A DNA stretch of 64,000 bases from Eledone cirrhosa. Lineage: Eukaryota. Numbering within the stretch: the first letter of the stretch is position 1; each line of letters starts with the position of its first letter. Both the position numbers and the translations under genes were made by a program. The stretch is from positions 128,650,001-128,714,000 of the forward strand of contig OZ024743.1 of assembly GCA_964016885.1 (NCBI GenBank). Direction: 5' to 3'. The notes under the pieces are model-generated. The model saw only the letters and a program-made list of their open reading frames with translations, was not told where the DNA came from and did no database searches. Of this stretch, positions 1 to 11,520 are shown piece by piece.

Positions 1-127
1 CGAATATTACATAAAAGAGGGACATCCCCCCAACTATATAAACCTCAATCTAGTTAGAAAAATATAAAAACAATCTCTTCTCAACATATATTAATAACCT
101 TAAATTACCACACTAATAATGGAAAGA

Positions 128-185
128 TATGCTGATGAGAATAGGTGCAAATATGCGATAATGAATGTGTCTAAAAACGTCCATA
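128..185 (+). pseudogene. Degenerate minimal hammerhead motif (probable PLE pLTR relic)
   Basis: TATG-CTGATGA...AAAAC-GTC-CATA: 4-bp helix I and a GUC triplet, but the core GAAA reads AAAA and helix II is poor. Confidence 0.3.
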
Positions 186-1003
186 AGTATGTATATATAT
201 GTGAAAATGTATATAAATAAGTAAATATATATATATGTTTGATGTGTATAGTTAGATGTAAGTGTATTCATGTATTAAGGTGCTTATATATATATATATA
301 GATGTGTATGTATATGTATATATGTACACATAGACTAGAGTATGTATGTATATATGTGTGTGTCTATACGTGTGTATATAAAGATAAGTTGAGTATGAAA
401 ATGTATACACATGAACGCGTATGTATGTACATGAATACATGTGTGTATATATATATGTATGCATGCGTATATGTATGTAAGTATGAACATGTTACTATGT
501 GAATGTGAGTGTATGTATTTTGTAGAGGTGTGCAAATATATTTGTGTGTGAATGCGTGGGTGAAAGGATACGTACACTTGAAAGAAAAATTTAAGTCTGA
601 ATGTTAATTAAGTGCAAACACAAAACCAACCACGCATATCTTTACTATCTCTAATCCTTCTATAGATTTAGAAAAATAACCAATAATATATTCTATAAAA
701 ATGTCAAAACAACAGAAGGGAATCTAATTACTCACTGCCACCAAAAATTCTCACTGCTATCAAAAAACCACTCCCTCAACTATTCTTCTAACATCTTCAC
801 CCCGCCCTCCTAATATTCTCTATAAAAACCAAATAGGTCCTCAGTAATATTATTCTGATGAAATGACAGTAAATAATAACATTGAAATATTGAATGTCTG
901 CATAACTAAAACTTTGTAGATAGCAGTTGTTTTCAGGTTATGTAACTGTTATAGAAATACGTGTCAATAAATTCCTTTCAACTAAACTGTATCCATTCAA
1001 ATC

Positions 1004-1038
<35 letters not shown>

Positions 1039-1286
1039 TTGCGAGGTTTTTTATATGAAATCGTGTGTCGAAACAGATATTGTTATATTTGGGGAGGGTC
1101 ATATTTGCGTAATATTGCCAGAATTAATAACAGAACACACTCACTGTTTGGTTGGTTTTCGCTTCTCGCTGTCTTTTATATATATATATCTGCGATCTAA
1201 CTTACTCGGTCCTCAATGTTGCCATTGACTGACCGGCGGTCAAAAATAATACAGATACAATATAGACAAACACATATATATATAGT

Positions 1287-1331
1287 TTACATAAATCTTT
1301 CGTTGCACATCTGCAACATCGTCAGTGGTGT
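1287..1331 (-). ncRNA. Mirror copy of the PLE hammerhead-like motif
   Basis: Exact reverse complement of 7626-7670. Confidence 0.55.
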
Positions 1332-1610
1332 TATATTCATTGTTCCTCCTGTTGTGTTGTATGTCTACGCCATTTTTTTTTTTTTTTTTTTTTTTGTTCA
1401 GTCTGTCTATATATTTATTTATTTATTTGCTTGTTTGTTTATCTTATTTTATTTTGTCTTCTTTGCGCATGCGTTTGCGTGTGTGTATAGTGTTATGTGT
1501 GATGTGTGACTAGTGTGTATAGTGTTGTCTGCTGGGTGACTAGTGTGTGTTTATGTGCTTGTGTATGTATTTATTTATCTTATTTTATTTTATTTAATTT
1601 ACTTATTTAT

Positions 1611-4361
1611 TTATACTTCTCTTAGGTCAGTGTTGTTTGTTTGGGTGTTGTTGTTGTTCCACTCATTCTTTCTGTTTAGCTTTGGTCTTCTAATTTCTAT
1701 TTCACTGGCCTCTCTGATTTGCCTATCTGCTGGGTCATTCCTATGTTTAGATATTATTCTAATTTCTATGTTGTCTATGTTACCGTCATGATGTTGTCTA
1801 GCATGTTCGTATAGTACTGACCCGTTTTTTCGTCCTTTTAGTTCCCCCCAGTGTTGGTCTATCCTTTCACCTATGCTACGAGCTGTCTCACCTATGTATG
1901 TTGTTGTCGTGTTTCTGCAAGTACCCTCTGTACATCTTATGCTATAGACTACGTTTCTAGTTTTACAGTTTATCCGGGGGTTCACCTTACATATGATACA
2001 TTTCCTATTGGTACAGTGGGTTTTCTTAAAAGGGTAGGTTTTGCTGATCAGGGATTTTATGGTGGTTCCTGGCTTTTCTACCACCTTTATTTTTAAGTGG
2101 GTCTTTCTCAGGGCCTTTCTACACTGGTTAGCTAATTTCCCTCCAGGGGTGGCGTCCACAAACATGACACTCTGATATCTCTGGTTGTCGTACCATGATG
2201 TGGCCTTCCCTATCTTATGTCTAGCCCTATCTAAGCTATTCCATGATTTGCTCCTGTATAGTGGGCAAATTCCTTTCATGTCCAGTTCTATGAGGGTCTT
2301 ATACTTTTCCATGGCTCCTTCGTATACTCTGACTCTGTCTCTTTGGTTGTAGCCAGAGAACTGCATGCGGTTGATGAAGTGTTGGATGTGTCCTTCCATT
2401 TCTGTTGGGTCGCACATGCTGGACACATTCTTCATCACTCGTACCAAATCTGCGATCAGAATATTAAACTTAGCACTACTGGACATTGCTGAGTTTTTGA
2501 GTATCAGGTATTTGGAGGCCATGGGTTTAGCATAGTGTGAGTGGAGAATTTGGGCTCTCTCGTCTATAGTGTTAATCCAGAGTTCTGTGTCTAATACAGG
2601 TAGTCTATTGTTAGGGTGTTTGGAAGGGAAGTCTATAGTTACAGTTATACTCTGGTGTATGGAATTAGCTATCTGCTGGATGCTTTCCATCGTGCTACGT
2701 TCTAAATCAAACTTGTTAGTGCTCTCTAGTGGGGGTGTTCTTATAACTATATTGATATCGTCTACATAACGAGAGTACATGATGAGGTCTATGGAGCTTT
2801 CATTAAGGAGATCTTTAAGTCTCCTTTCCCACCATACCATGAAAAGGTTGGCAACATCGCCAGCTATGCTGACGCCGATGGCTGCTCCCTCATTTTGGGT
2901 GTAGATTTTCTCATTGAACTTAAATATGTGGCCCTTTAGGGTAGTTTTGATACTAGCCCCTATTGCATGTGCGACCATTTTTCTTACCTGATCAGTGTTT
3001 TGGGGGGTCCGTATAGCTTTGGTCCACCCAATCCACCTTCCTATGGGAGTCTTTTTAGCCATTGAGGTTATGGTGGGGGGTCTACCTCTTATAGGTCTAC
3101 TAGGGCAGAAACATCTAAGGTCATGGCTGTCTAGGTAGTCAGTGTCGTAGGTAAGTCTAAGTAGGAGGCCCAGTTCGTCTGTGTCGACGTCGCAGAACTC
3201 CACCTCACTCTCAATGATCATCTCCACACATCTTTTCACAGCAAAATCAATGTTAATGGATGGGTACAGTGACACCACATCCATGCTGCCTATTATGCAG
3301 TTGGATAGGCTCCTGTTTTTGTTGCACTCACTGATTCTGCTGAGGAGGTCCTCTGTACTTTCACATACATCTGGGGACATCTTGATTATGGGGCGTATAA
3401 CCATTGAGAGGAAGTAGGAGATCCTGTAGTTGCTAGCTATATTAGCTCCGCATACAGGTCTTGTTGGTGGTCCTATTGTCGGGTCGTCGACTGTCTTGTG
3501 GTCTTTGCGGAGCCCATACAAGGGTGGTATGCCATTGTTAGACGCCTGGAAGTTGTTGGCAGTGCGTCTGCTTGGCTTTAGGATGTCAGTCCACATCATC
3601 ATGTGAGCGTTGAGGATTTTTTCTCTCCCATCGTGTGTTAGTTGTGCAACTTCGCTCGTGTTGGTGATGTGGGGTTGCATTGCCTCGATGTAGTTCGGCA
3701 TGCTATCTATTGACATCCTACCAGACTTATCTGTGGGTAGACACACTACCTCACCATCCCTTGTGCGCTGCTTGAGGCTAACCAAGCCTTCTACAGGTTT
3801 TATCCCAAGTTGTTGGGCCTCTGGTCTGCTCTGTCTCATAGTGTACCTGTCTACTACTTGTCTAATCTTATTTCTAGCTATGGTGAACTGTGCCTCCGTC
3901 TCGTCATCTATTTGTTGTGGTATGCAAACTCTTTTATTAAAGGGTAACCTCGTAGGATAGATATTACCCATCTTATATGTTTTGTCAGCTGGGTTGAAAA
4001 ATAGTTTCTCTAAGGGGTTGTCGTTATTTCTATCGTCATAGTTGTGTGTGTTGCTATTATTGTTATCATGGTGGTTGTTGTTGTTTCTATCCTTAGCATT
4101 AATATTATTATTGTTATGATTGCTAGATGTATTGTTGTTTACTTCACCGTTATTGTTGTTGTTGTTACTGCTATTTCTACCATTGTGGTTGTTACTATTA
4201 TTATGTTTCTTGTTTTTGTTGATGTTGCTACATGTACTATTTCCATTATTACCACTGTGGTTATTGTTGTTGTTGTTGTTCGTATTGTTACCGTTATTAC
4301 TACTGTGGTCACTGATGTTGCTACATGTACTATTTCCATTATTACCTAAAGTTACCACCAA
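1611..4361 (-). CDS. Inverted second copy of the PLE RT/GIY-YIG ORF, 5'-truncated within the Asn-rich region (first ~16 codons are junction-derived)
   Basis: 916-aa ORF identical to the + copy from SDHSSNN onward, except one K/R change. Confidence 0.9.
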   Translation of the reverse strand: MVVTLGNNGNSTCSNISDHSSNNGNNTNNNNNNNHSGNNGNSTCSNINKNKKHNNSNNHNGRNSSNNNNNNGEVNNNTSSNHNNNNINAKDRNNNNHHDNNNSNTHNYDDRNNDNPLEKLFFNPADKTYKMGNIYPTRLPFNKRVCIPQQIDDETEAQFTIARNKIRQVVDRYTMRQSRPEAQQLGIKPVEGLVSLKQRTRDGEVVCLPTDKSGRMSIDSMPNYIEAMQPHITNTSEVAQLTHDGREKILNAHMMMWTDILKPSRRTANNFQASNNGIPPLYGLRKDHKTVDDPTIGPPTRPVCGANIASNYRISYFLSMVIRPIIKMSPDVCESTEDLLSRISECNKNRSLSNCIIGSMDVVSLYPSINIDFAVKRCVEMIIESEVEFCDVDTDELGLLLRLTYDTDYLDSHDLRCFCPSRPIRGRPPTITSMAKKTPIGRWIGWTKAIRTPQNTDQVRKMVAHAIGASIKTTLKGHIFKFNEKIYTQNEGAAIGVSIAGDVANLFMVWWERRLKDLLNESSIDLIMYSRYVDDINIVIRTPPLESTNKFDLERSTMESIQQIANSIHQSITVTIDFPSKHPNNRLPVLDTELWINTIDERAQILHSHYAKPMASKYLILKNSAMSSSAKFNILIADLVRVMKNVSSMCDPTEMEGHIQHFINRMQFSGYNQRDRVRVYEGAMEKYKTLIELDMKGICPLYRSKSWNSLDRARHKIGKATSWYDNQRYQSVMFVDATPGGKLANQCRKALRKTHLKIKVVEKPGTTIKSLISKTYPFKKTHCTNRKCIICKVNPRINCKTRNVVYSIRCTEGTCRNTTTTYIGETARSIGERIDQHWGELKGRKNGSVLYEHARQHHDGNIDNIEIRIISKHRNDPADRQIREASEIEIRRPKLNRKNEWNNNNTQTNNTDLREV

Positions 4362-7342
4362 AATTTGCCATCTACAAAAAGATTAATCCTATGGAATGCA
4401 AAACGGAGCTGGAAAAGTGTTTCACAAAAATACGTTGGAATGCAAAGGTAAACAACAACAACAATAATAACGGTAGTAGTAATATAAACAATAACTCTGG
4501 GTATAGAAATAACAGCCATAACCATAACAATGGCAGGAAAGTGAGAAATAGTGATAATGGTAATAATACTAGCGATAGACAGAACAACAACAACCACAAT
4601 AATAATAATAATAGAAACGTTAACCACAGACACAGCAACAGTGACCACAGTAGTAATAACGGTAACAATACGAACAACAACAACAACAATAACCACAGTG
4701 GTAATAATGGAAATAGTACATGTAGCAACATCAACAAAAACAAGAAACATAATAATAGTAACAACCACAATGGTAGAAATAGCAGTAACAACAACAACAA
4801 TAACGGTGAAGTAAACAACAATACATCTAGCAATCATAACAATAATAATATTAATGCTAAGGATAGAAACAACAACAACCACCATGATAACAATAATAGC
4901 AACACACACAACTATGACGATAGAAATAACGACAACCCCTTAGAGAAACTATTTTTCAACCCAGCTGACAAAACATATAAGATGGGTAATATCTATCCTA
5001 CGAGGTTACCCTTTAATAAAAGAGTTTGCATACCACAACAAATAGATGACGAGACGGAGGCACAGTTCACCATAGCTAGAAATAAGATTAGACAAGTAGT
5101 AGACAGGTACACTATGAGACAGAGCAGACCAGAGGCCCAACAACTTGGGATAAAACCTGTAGAAGGCTTGGTTAGCCTCAAGCAGCGCACAAGGGATGGT
5201 GAGGTAGTGTGTCTACCCACAGATAAGTCTGGTAGGATGTCAATAGATAGCATGCCGAACTACATCGAGGCAATGCAACCCCACATCACCAACACGAGCG
5301 AAGTTGCACAACTAACACACGATGGGAGAGAAAAAATCCTCAACGCTCACATGATGATGTGGACTGACATCCTAAAGCCAAGCAGACGCACTGCCAACAA
5401 CTTCCAGGCGTCTAACAATGGCATACCACCCTTGTATGGGCTCCGCAAAGACCACAAGACAGTCGACGACCCGACAATAGGACCACCAACAAGACCTGTA
5501 TGCGGAGCTAATATAGCTAGCAACTACAGGATCTCCTACTTCCTCTCAATGGTTATACGCCCCATAATCAAGATGTCCCCAGATGTATGTGAAAGTACAG
5601 AGGACCTCCTCAGCAGAATCAGTGAGTGCAACAAAAACAGGAGCCTATCCAACTGCATAATAGGCAGCATGGATGTGGTGTCACTGTACCCATCCATTAA
5701 CATTGATTTTGCTGTGAAAAGATGTGTGGAGATGATCATTGAGAGTGAGGTGGAGTTCTGCGACGTCGACACAGACGAACTGGGCCTCCTACTTAGACTT
5801 ACCTACGACACTGACTACCTAGACAGCCATGACCTTAGATGTTTCTGCCCTAGTAGACCTATAAGAGGTAGACCCCCCACCATAACCTCAATGGCTAAAA
5901 GGACTCCCATAGGAAGGTGGATTGGGTGGACCAAAGCTATACGGACCCCCCAAAACACTGATCAGGTAAGAAAAATGGTCGCACATGCAATAGGGGCTAG
6001 TATCAAAACTACCCTAAAGGGCCACATATTTAAGTTCAATGAGAAAATCTACACCCAAAATGAGGGAGCAGCCATCGGCGTCAGCATAGCTGGCGATGTT
6101 GCCAACCTTTTCATGGTATGGTGGGAAAGGAGACTTAAAGATCTCCTTAATGAAAGCTCCATAGACCTCATCATGTACTCTCGTTATGTAGACGATATCA
6201 ATATAGTTATAAGAACACCCCCACTAGAGAGCACTAACAAGTTTGATTTAGAACGTAGCACGATGGAAAGCATCCAGCAGATAGCTAATTCCATACACCA
6301 GAGTATAACTGTAACTATAGACTTCCCTTCCAAACACCCTAACAATAGACTACCTGTATTAGACACAGAACTCTGGATTAACACTATAGACGAGAGAGCC
6401 CAAATTCTCCACTCACACTATGCTAAACCCATGGCCTCCAAATACCTGATACTCAAAAACTCAGCAATGTCCAGTAGTGCTAAGTTTAATATTCTGATCG
6501 CAGATTTGGTACGAGTGATGAAGAATGTGTCCAGCATGTGCGACCCAACAGAAATGGAAGGACACATCCAACACTTCATCAACCGCATGCAGTTCTCTGG
6601 CTACAACCAAAGAGACAGAGTCAGAGTATACGAAGGAGCCATGGAAAAGTATAAGACCCTCATAGAACTGGACATGAAAGGAATTTGCCCACTATACAGG
6701 AGCAAATCATGGAATAGCTTAGATAGGGCTAGACATAAGATAGGGAAGGCCACATCATGGTACGACAACCAGAGATATCAGAGTGTCATGTTTGTGGACG
6801 CCACCCCTGGAGGGAAATTAGCTAACCAGTGTAGAAAGGCCCTGAGAAAGACCCACTTAAAAATAAAGGTGGTAGAAAAGCCAGGAACCACCATAAAATC
6901 CCTGATCAGCAAAACCTACCCTTTTAAGAAAACCCACTGTACCAATAGGAAATGTATCATATGTAAGGTGAACCCCCGGATAAACTGTAAAACTAGAAAC
7001 GTAGTCTATAGCATAAGATGTACAGAGGGTACTTGCAGAAACACGACAACAACATACATAGGTGAGACAGCTCGTAGCATAGGTGAAAGGATAGACCAAC
7101 ACTGGGGGGAACTAAAAGGACGAAAAAACGGGTCAGTACTATACGAACATGCTAGACAACATCATGACGGTAACATAGACAACATAGAAATTAGAATAAT
7201 ATCTAAACATAGGAATGACCCAGCAGATAGGCAAATCAGAGAGGCCAGTGAAATAGAAATTAGAAGACCAAAGCTAAACAGAAAGAATGAGTGGAACAAC
7301 AACAACACCCAAACAAACAACACTGACCTAAGAGAAGTATAA
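4325..7342 (+). CDS. PLE polyprotein: reverse transcriptase plus GIY-YIG endonuclease. 5'-truncated; the ATG at 4325 comes from the inverted junction piece, and the first native in-frame ATG is at 4391
   Basis: Uninterrupted 1005-aa ORF. PLE/RT motifs LKLPPKFA, PTDKSG, LYGLRKDHK..RPV, GSMDVVSLYPSI, QNEGAAIG..IAGDVANLFM, SRYVDDI, LPVLD. Cys-rich linker CTNRKCIIC..C. GIY-YIG motif VVYSIRC..C..YIGETARSIGER..QH, then HARQHH, RQIREA and LNRKNEW. Asn-rich insert near the N-terminus. Confidence 0.93.
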   Translation: MYYFHYYLKLPPKFAIYKKINPMECKTELEKCFTKIRWNAKVNNNNNNNGSSNINNNSGYRNNSHNHNNGRKVRNSDNGNNTSDRQNNNNHNNNNNRNVNHRHSNSDHSSNNGNNTNNNNNNNHSGNNGNSTCSNINKNKKHNNSNNHNGRNSSNNNNNNGEVNNNTSSNHNNNNINAKDRNNNNHHDNNNSNTHNYDDRNNDNPLEKLFFNPADKTYKMGNIYPTRLPFNKRVCIPQQIDDETEAQFTIARNKIRQVVDRYTMRQSRPEAQQLGIKPVEGLVSLKQRTRDGEVVCLPTDKSGRMSIDSMPNYIEAMQPHITNTSEVAQLTHDGREKILNAHMMMWTDILKPSRRTANNFQASNNGIPPLYGLRKDHKTVDDPTIGPPTRPVCGANIASNYRISYFLSMVIRPIIKMSPDVCESTEDLLSRISECNKNRSLSNCIIGSMDVVSLYPSINIDFAVKRCVEMIIESEVEFCDVDTDELGLLLRLTYDTDYLDSHDLRCFCPSRPIRGRPPTITSMAKRTPIGRWIGWTKAIRTPQNTDQVRKMVAHAIGASIKTTLKGHIFKFNEKIYTQNEGAAIGVSIAGDVANLFMVWWERRLKDLLNESSIDLIMYSRYVDDINIVIRTPPLESTNKFDLERSTMESIQQIANSIHQSITVTIDFPSKHPNNRLPVLDTELWINTIDERAQILHSHYAKPMASKYLILKNSAMSSSAKFNILIADLVRVMKNVSSMCDPTEMEGHIQHFINRMQFSGYNQRDRVRVYEGAMEKYKTLIELDMKGICPLYRSKSWNSLDRARHKIGKATSWYDNQRYQSVMFVDATPGGKLANQCRKALRKTHLKIKVVEKPGTTIKSLISKTYPFKKTHCTNRKCIICKVNPRINCKTRNVVYSIRCTEGTCRNTTTTYIGETARSIGERIDQHWGELKGRKNGSVLYEHARQHHDGNIDNIEIRIISKHRNDPADRQIREASEIEIRRPKLNRKNEWNNNNTQTNNTDLREV

Positions 7343-7557
7343 ATAAATAAGTAAATTAAATAAAATAAAATAAGATAAATAAATACATACACAAGCACAT
7401 AAACACACACTAGTCACCCAGCAGACAACACTATACACACTAGTCACACATCACACATAACACTATACACACACGCAAACGCATGCGCAAAGAAGACAAA
7501 ATAAAATAAGATAAACAAACAAGCAAATAAATAAATAAATATATAGACAGACTGAAC

Positions 7558-7588
<31 letters not shown>

Positions 7589-7625
7589 GTAGACATACAA
7601 CACAACAGGAGGAACAATGAATATA

Positions 7626-7670
7626 ACACCACTGACGATGTTGCAGATGTGCAACGAAAGATTTATGTAA
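7626..7670 (+). ncRNA. Minimal type I hammerhead ribozyme-like motif in the PLE 3' end (pseudo-LTR)
   Basis: CTGACGA (7632-7638), T, GTTGCA-GATG-TGCAAC (perfect 6-bp helix II), then GAAAG. Helices I and III are weak. Minimal hammerheads are typical of PLE pLTRs. Confidence 0.55.
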
Positions 7671-7872
7671 ACTATATATATATGTGTTTGTCTATATTGT
7701 ATCTGTATTATTTTTGACCGCCGGTCAGTCAATGGCAACATTGAGGACCGAGTAAGTTAGATCGCAGATATATATATATAAAAGACAGCGAGAAGCGAAA
7801 ACCAACCAAACAGTGAGTGTGTTCTGTTATTAATTCTGGCAATATTACGCAAATATGACCCTCCCCAAATAT

Positions 7873-8100
<228 letters not shown>

Positions 8101-8509
8101 GGAGAGATGATCCCTTAGCCTTTGTCAAGGCAGAATTCTAGGAGAAGGAAAACTCTGATATAACACCTGCAACGCTGATGGTATCCAATGATGTTGACTT
8201 GTTCTTCTTTTTGGTAAATATCATCTTGGTTAAGAGAGTGGGACTGGCTTTGTGCAGTGCCTTTGCTCACTATAAAAGCTTCACGGCACAGGCATTGCTT
8301 TATATTTGGAGATCTCTCTGCACTTGTCGTCACATGGTACCATGGGCCCAGCACTATGTGTCAATAATTGTCACAAGTGTAGTGTTTGTACCAGAGTTTT
8401 CAAGTCGCTGGCGGGACTAAAAAGTCACACTCGTTCAGCGCATCGGTAGAGGTTCTCCTACATGGATATAAAGTAGTGGCCGTACTCGAAAACGAGTTGG
8501 CAGCCACCA

Positions 8510-8511
<2 letters not shown>
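8101..8511 (-). mobile_element. Interspersed repeat fragment, probably RTE-LINE 5'UTR-related non-autonomous element
   Basis: Reverse complement of 26709-27116 at high identity. Contains GAGTTTTCCTTCTCCTAGA..GCCTTGACAAAGGCTAA, a motif I recall from RTE-clade 5' regions. Confidence 0.55.
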
Positions 8512-8565
<54 letters not shown>

Positions 8566-8582
8566 TTATATATATATATATC

Positions 8583-9610
8583 CTAGCATTAAAGCCCGGC
8601 GTTGCTCGGGGTCATTAAGTTACCAAAGTTAGGTTGCACCACCCATTTTATGGCAGAACTTTTTTGTCTGCCAGGCACTGGGTGAATGAATTGCAGACCT
8701 GGAAGCAGGAGCTGCGCCAGCAGTGACAATTGTAGTTTCGCCTATGGATATTATCTCTGTGCAAAAAAGTGTTGAAATTTATTGTTTCACAATACTTGCG
8801 CAACACGCGCGTAGACGATGCCAGCCGAACAACAGAGCTGCGATGGAGTTGTTCTGCATGGTTGTCTGTGTGTTTTCTAAATTTAAGACAGTAGGGAGGG
8901 GTATGATATGGGGGAGAGTTAGCTGCTGTTTCTAGCAGGTTTAGTAACCTCATAGAGGGTATGTGTTTTCTAAATTTAAGACAGTAGGGAGTGGTGTGGG
9001 GAGGGGTGTGATATGGGGGAGAGTTAGCTGGTGTTTCTAGCAGGTTTAGTAACCGCATAGAGGATATGTGTTTTCTAAATTTAAGACAGTAGGGAGTGGT
9101 GTGGGGAGGGGTGTGATATGGGGGAGAGTCAGCTGCTGTTTCTAGCAGGTTTAGTAACCTCATAGAGGATATGTGTTTTCTAAATTTAAGACAGTAGGGA
9201 GTGGTGTGAGGAGGGGTGTGATATGGGGGAGAGTTAGCTGCTGTTTCTAGCAGGTTTAGTAACCTCATAGAGGATATGTATTTTCTAAATTTAAGACAGT
9301 AGGGAGTGGTGTGAACGGACAGTATCACCATCAAGCTTGGAAAGAGAGAGTAGCAGAAAGTATGAAGTTGTATAGATTTTGAATGGTAGTAGAAAGAGTT
9401 CAGCAGTTTAAATGACGGAGAAAAATCGTAAAATATTGAGTTTTATCTATTTTTTGCGTAATTGTGGGTGAAATTGAAAAAATTATCTGCGTCAAGCCGC
9501 AATCGAAACTATTTCAAATACTGAATTGTAAATTTCAATTGAAGAAATTCTATATCGTAGATTTCTATAACGAAGGAGCATGACCACACACTGAGCTTTA
9601 TAGATTATGA
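8583..9610 (-). mobile_element. Non-autonomous Helitron
   Basis: On the minus strand, the 3' end is a GC-rich hairpin CCCGAGCAACGCCGGG (8595-8610) 8 nt before CTAG (8583-8586). Putative 5' end A|TCATAATCTATAAAG at 9610. Inserted in a TA-rich context. Confidence 0.6.
8868..9312. repeat. 105-bp tandem repeat (~4.3 copies) inside the Helitron
   Basis: Unit GTGTTTTCTAAATTTAAGACAGTAGGGAGTGGTGTG...CTAGCAGGTTTAGTAACCTCATAGAGGATAT. It produces the 35-aa periodicity of ORF 8648-9334. Confidence 0.9.
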
Positions 9611-9957
9611 TATATATAGCGGGAATTTTAAATATTTCCTTTTTCGCTAACTTTTTGAATAACCGCCTGGGACCAGGGGTTATTTCCCTTGCCGGAATTA
9701 GCACGTGATAATTATAGATACGATTAGCAGCTTATTGCAGCAACATATAATTTATCACTCCCGTCCCAGGAAGAACGATAAACCTGTTGAAAAACTGAAT
9801 CCAACGTTCGGTCACCAATGCCAGGAGCTTGCCTTTCAAGTAAGTCGGATATTTGATTTAGGATTCAAAGAAACACTTTGAACGACTATTCGTTTAATTT
9901 GTCCAGGTGTACTTTTTCTTAACCTGATTAGTTCTATCGTTGCTCTGGTATATATAT

Positions 9958-10119
9958 TGTGTTAGTTTAGCCTACCACAATGTTCGATTTGTCAAGCTAT
10001 TTAAACGTATGTTATTACTCTAAGGACCTATCTTATCGAGTGCTTTGCTAACTCATCATTTCATATAAGTAGGCCGAATTCACTTGCAAACCGCCAGAGA
10101 TTCGATTTTACTGATTTCC

Positions 10120-10181
<62 letters not shown>

Positions 10182-10343
10182 GGAAATCAGTAAAATCGAA
10201 TCTCTGGCGGTTTGCAAGTGAATTCGGCCTACTTATATGAAATGATGAGTTATTAAAGCACTCGATAAGAAAGGTCCTTAGAGTAATAACATACGTTTAA
10301 ATAGCTTGACAAATCGAACATTGTGGTAGGCTAAACTAACACA
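9958..10343. repeat. Inverted repeat (~165-bp arms) centred on (TA)n
   Basis: 9958-10122 vs 10178-10343 are reverse complements with ~3 mismatches. Confidence 0.9.
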
Positions 10344-10358
10344 CAAGAAGCTAACACA

Positions 10359-10997
10359 CAGAAGAACTGCGAAACCGGTAAAGGAACCAAATAAATATAT
10401 ATATTTTTTAAAAAAGACTCCAGTACATTTTCGATTTCATCTCTTTTCCTTATACTTTCACTCATGTAGAAACACATCGTTTTTGTTTCATTTTGTAAAA
10501 AAACCTCACTTTCTAATATATATATATATTAGAAAGTGAGGTTTTTTTACAAAATGAAAAAAAAACGAGGTGTTTCTACATGAGTGAAAGTATAAGGAAA
10601 AAAGATGAAATCGAAAATGCAACTGGGGTCTTTTTTAAAAAATATATATATTTATTTGGTTCCTTTACCGGTTTCGCAGTTCTTCTGCTTTTCAACAGTA
10701 GAATTGAGATAGGAGGTTTGTGGTTTTTCTCACATTTCGCGCGAAATTATTATACTTATTCACATGACAGTCATCAATCAACCAAATTACTTCTCTAAAA
10801 ACCTAGCATTTCGAGCCACTTTTTTCCATATAAAACAGAAGTAACATTCGAACACCAACCAGATGTGAGAAAAACCACAAACCCAATTCTACTTTTGAAA
10901 AGCACAAGAACTGCGAAACCGGTAAAGGAACCAAATAAATATATTTAAAAAAAAAAAGACTTCAGTTGCATTTTCGATTTCATCTTTTTTCCTTATA
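10359..10997. repeat. Inverted repeat 10359-10688 centred on short (TA)n, plus a third inverted partial copy at ~10863-10997
   Basis: GAAGAACTGCGAAACCGGTAAAGGAACCAAAT block at ~10361 (+), ~10655-10686 (-) and ~10907 (+). Confidence 0.85.
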
Positions 10998-11025
10998 CAT
11001 ACTCACACCCACACACACACCCACC

Positions 11026-11064
<39 letters not shown>

Positions 11065-11275
11065 ATTCAGCGAGGATCACATTTCGGCGGGTAGGAAGAG
11101 CGAAACGTAACGCAAATTCCAAGTCATGCTGGCAAGCGCTCCATAGTCTAAAAGACTAGAGCAATAAGCATAGGTTATAAAGGCCATACAAACTAAGAAG
11201 GCGGTCAAGAAGCTACAGATCACCTAAGCTAAAAAACAAGTCAAGCTAAACAGGTCAGACAAAATAAATGACATA

Positions 11276-11330
<55 letters not shown>

Positions 11331-11365
11331 AGTAAGTATGTTTTGAAACAGTGAGCAGGTTTGAA

Positions 11366-11520
11366 ATTAGAAAATAGTATAGCTTTCACCGTATTTTTGA
11401 CTAAAGGAATTTTAGCCTGATAATGGGGTTTAGAACCCTCAGATAAATGGAAAAAGATGAGTATTGACGTACATTATCAGGCTAAAATTCCTTTAGTCAA
11501 AAATACGGTGAAAGCTATTC

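Noticed and set aside
850-900. CTGATGA-AATG...CATT-GAAA hammerhead-like motif
   Set aside because: Helix II is present but helix I pairing is too poor to call.
252-1513. Many 60-190 aa ORFs rich in Y/I/H/T/V/C (also at 14.7-19.9 kb, 23 kb and 28.9 kb)
   Set aside because: These are translations of (TA)n/(CA)n/(TATG)n microsatellites with no coding signal.
7715-7770. GGCAACATT..GAGGACC resemblance to the HDV ribozyme sequence
   Set aside because: The P1/P2/P3 pseudoknot cannot be formed; the match is superficial.
8648-9334. 228-aa ORF with a 35-aa repeat
   Set aside because: By-product of a 105-bp stop-free tandem repeat inside a Helitron-like element; no recognisable domain.
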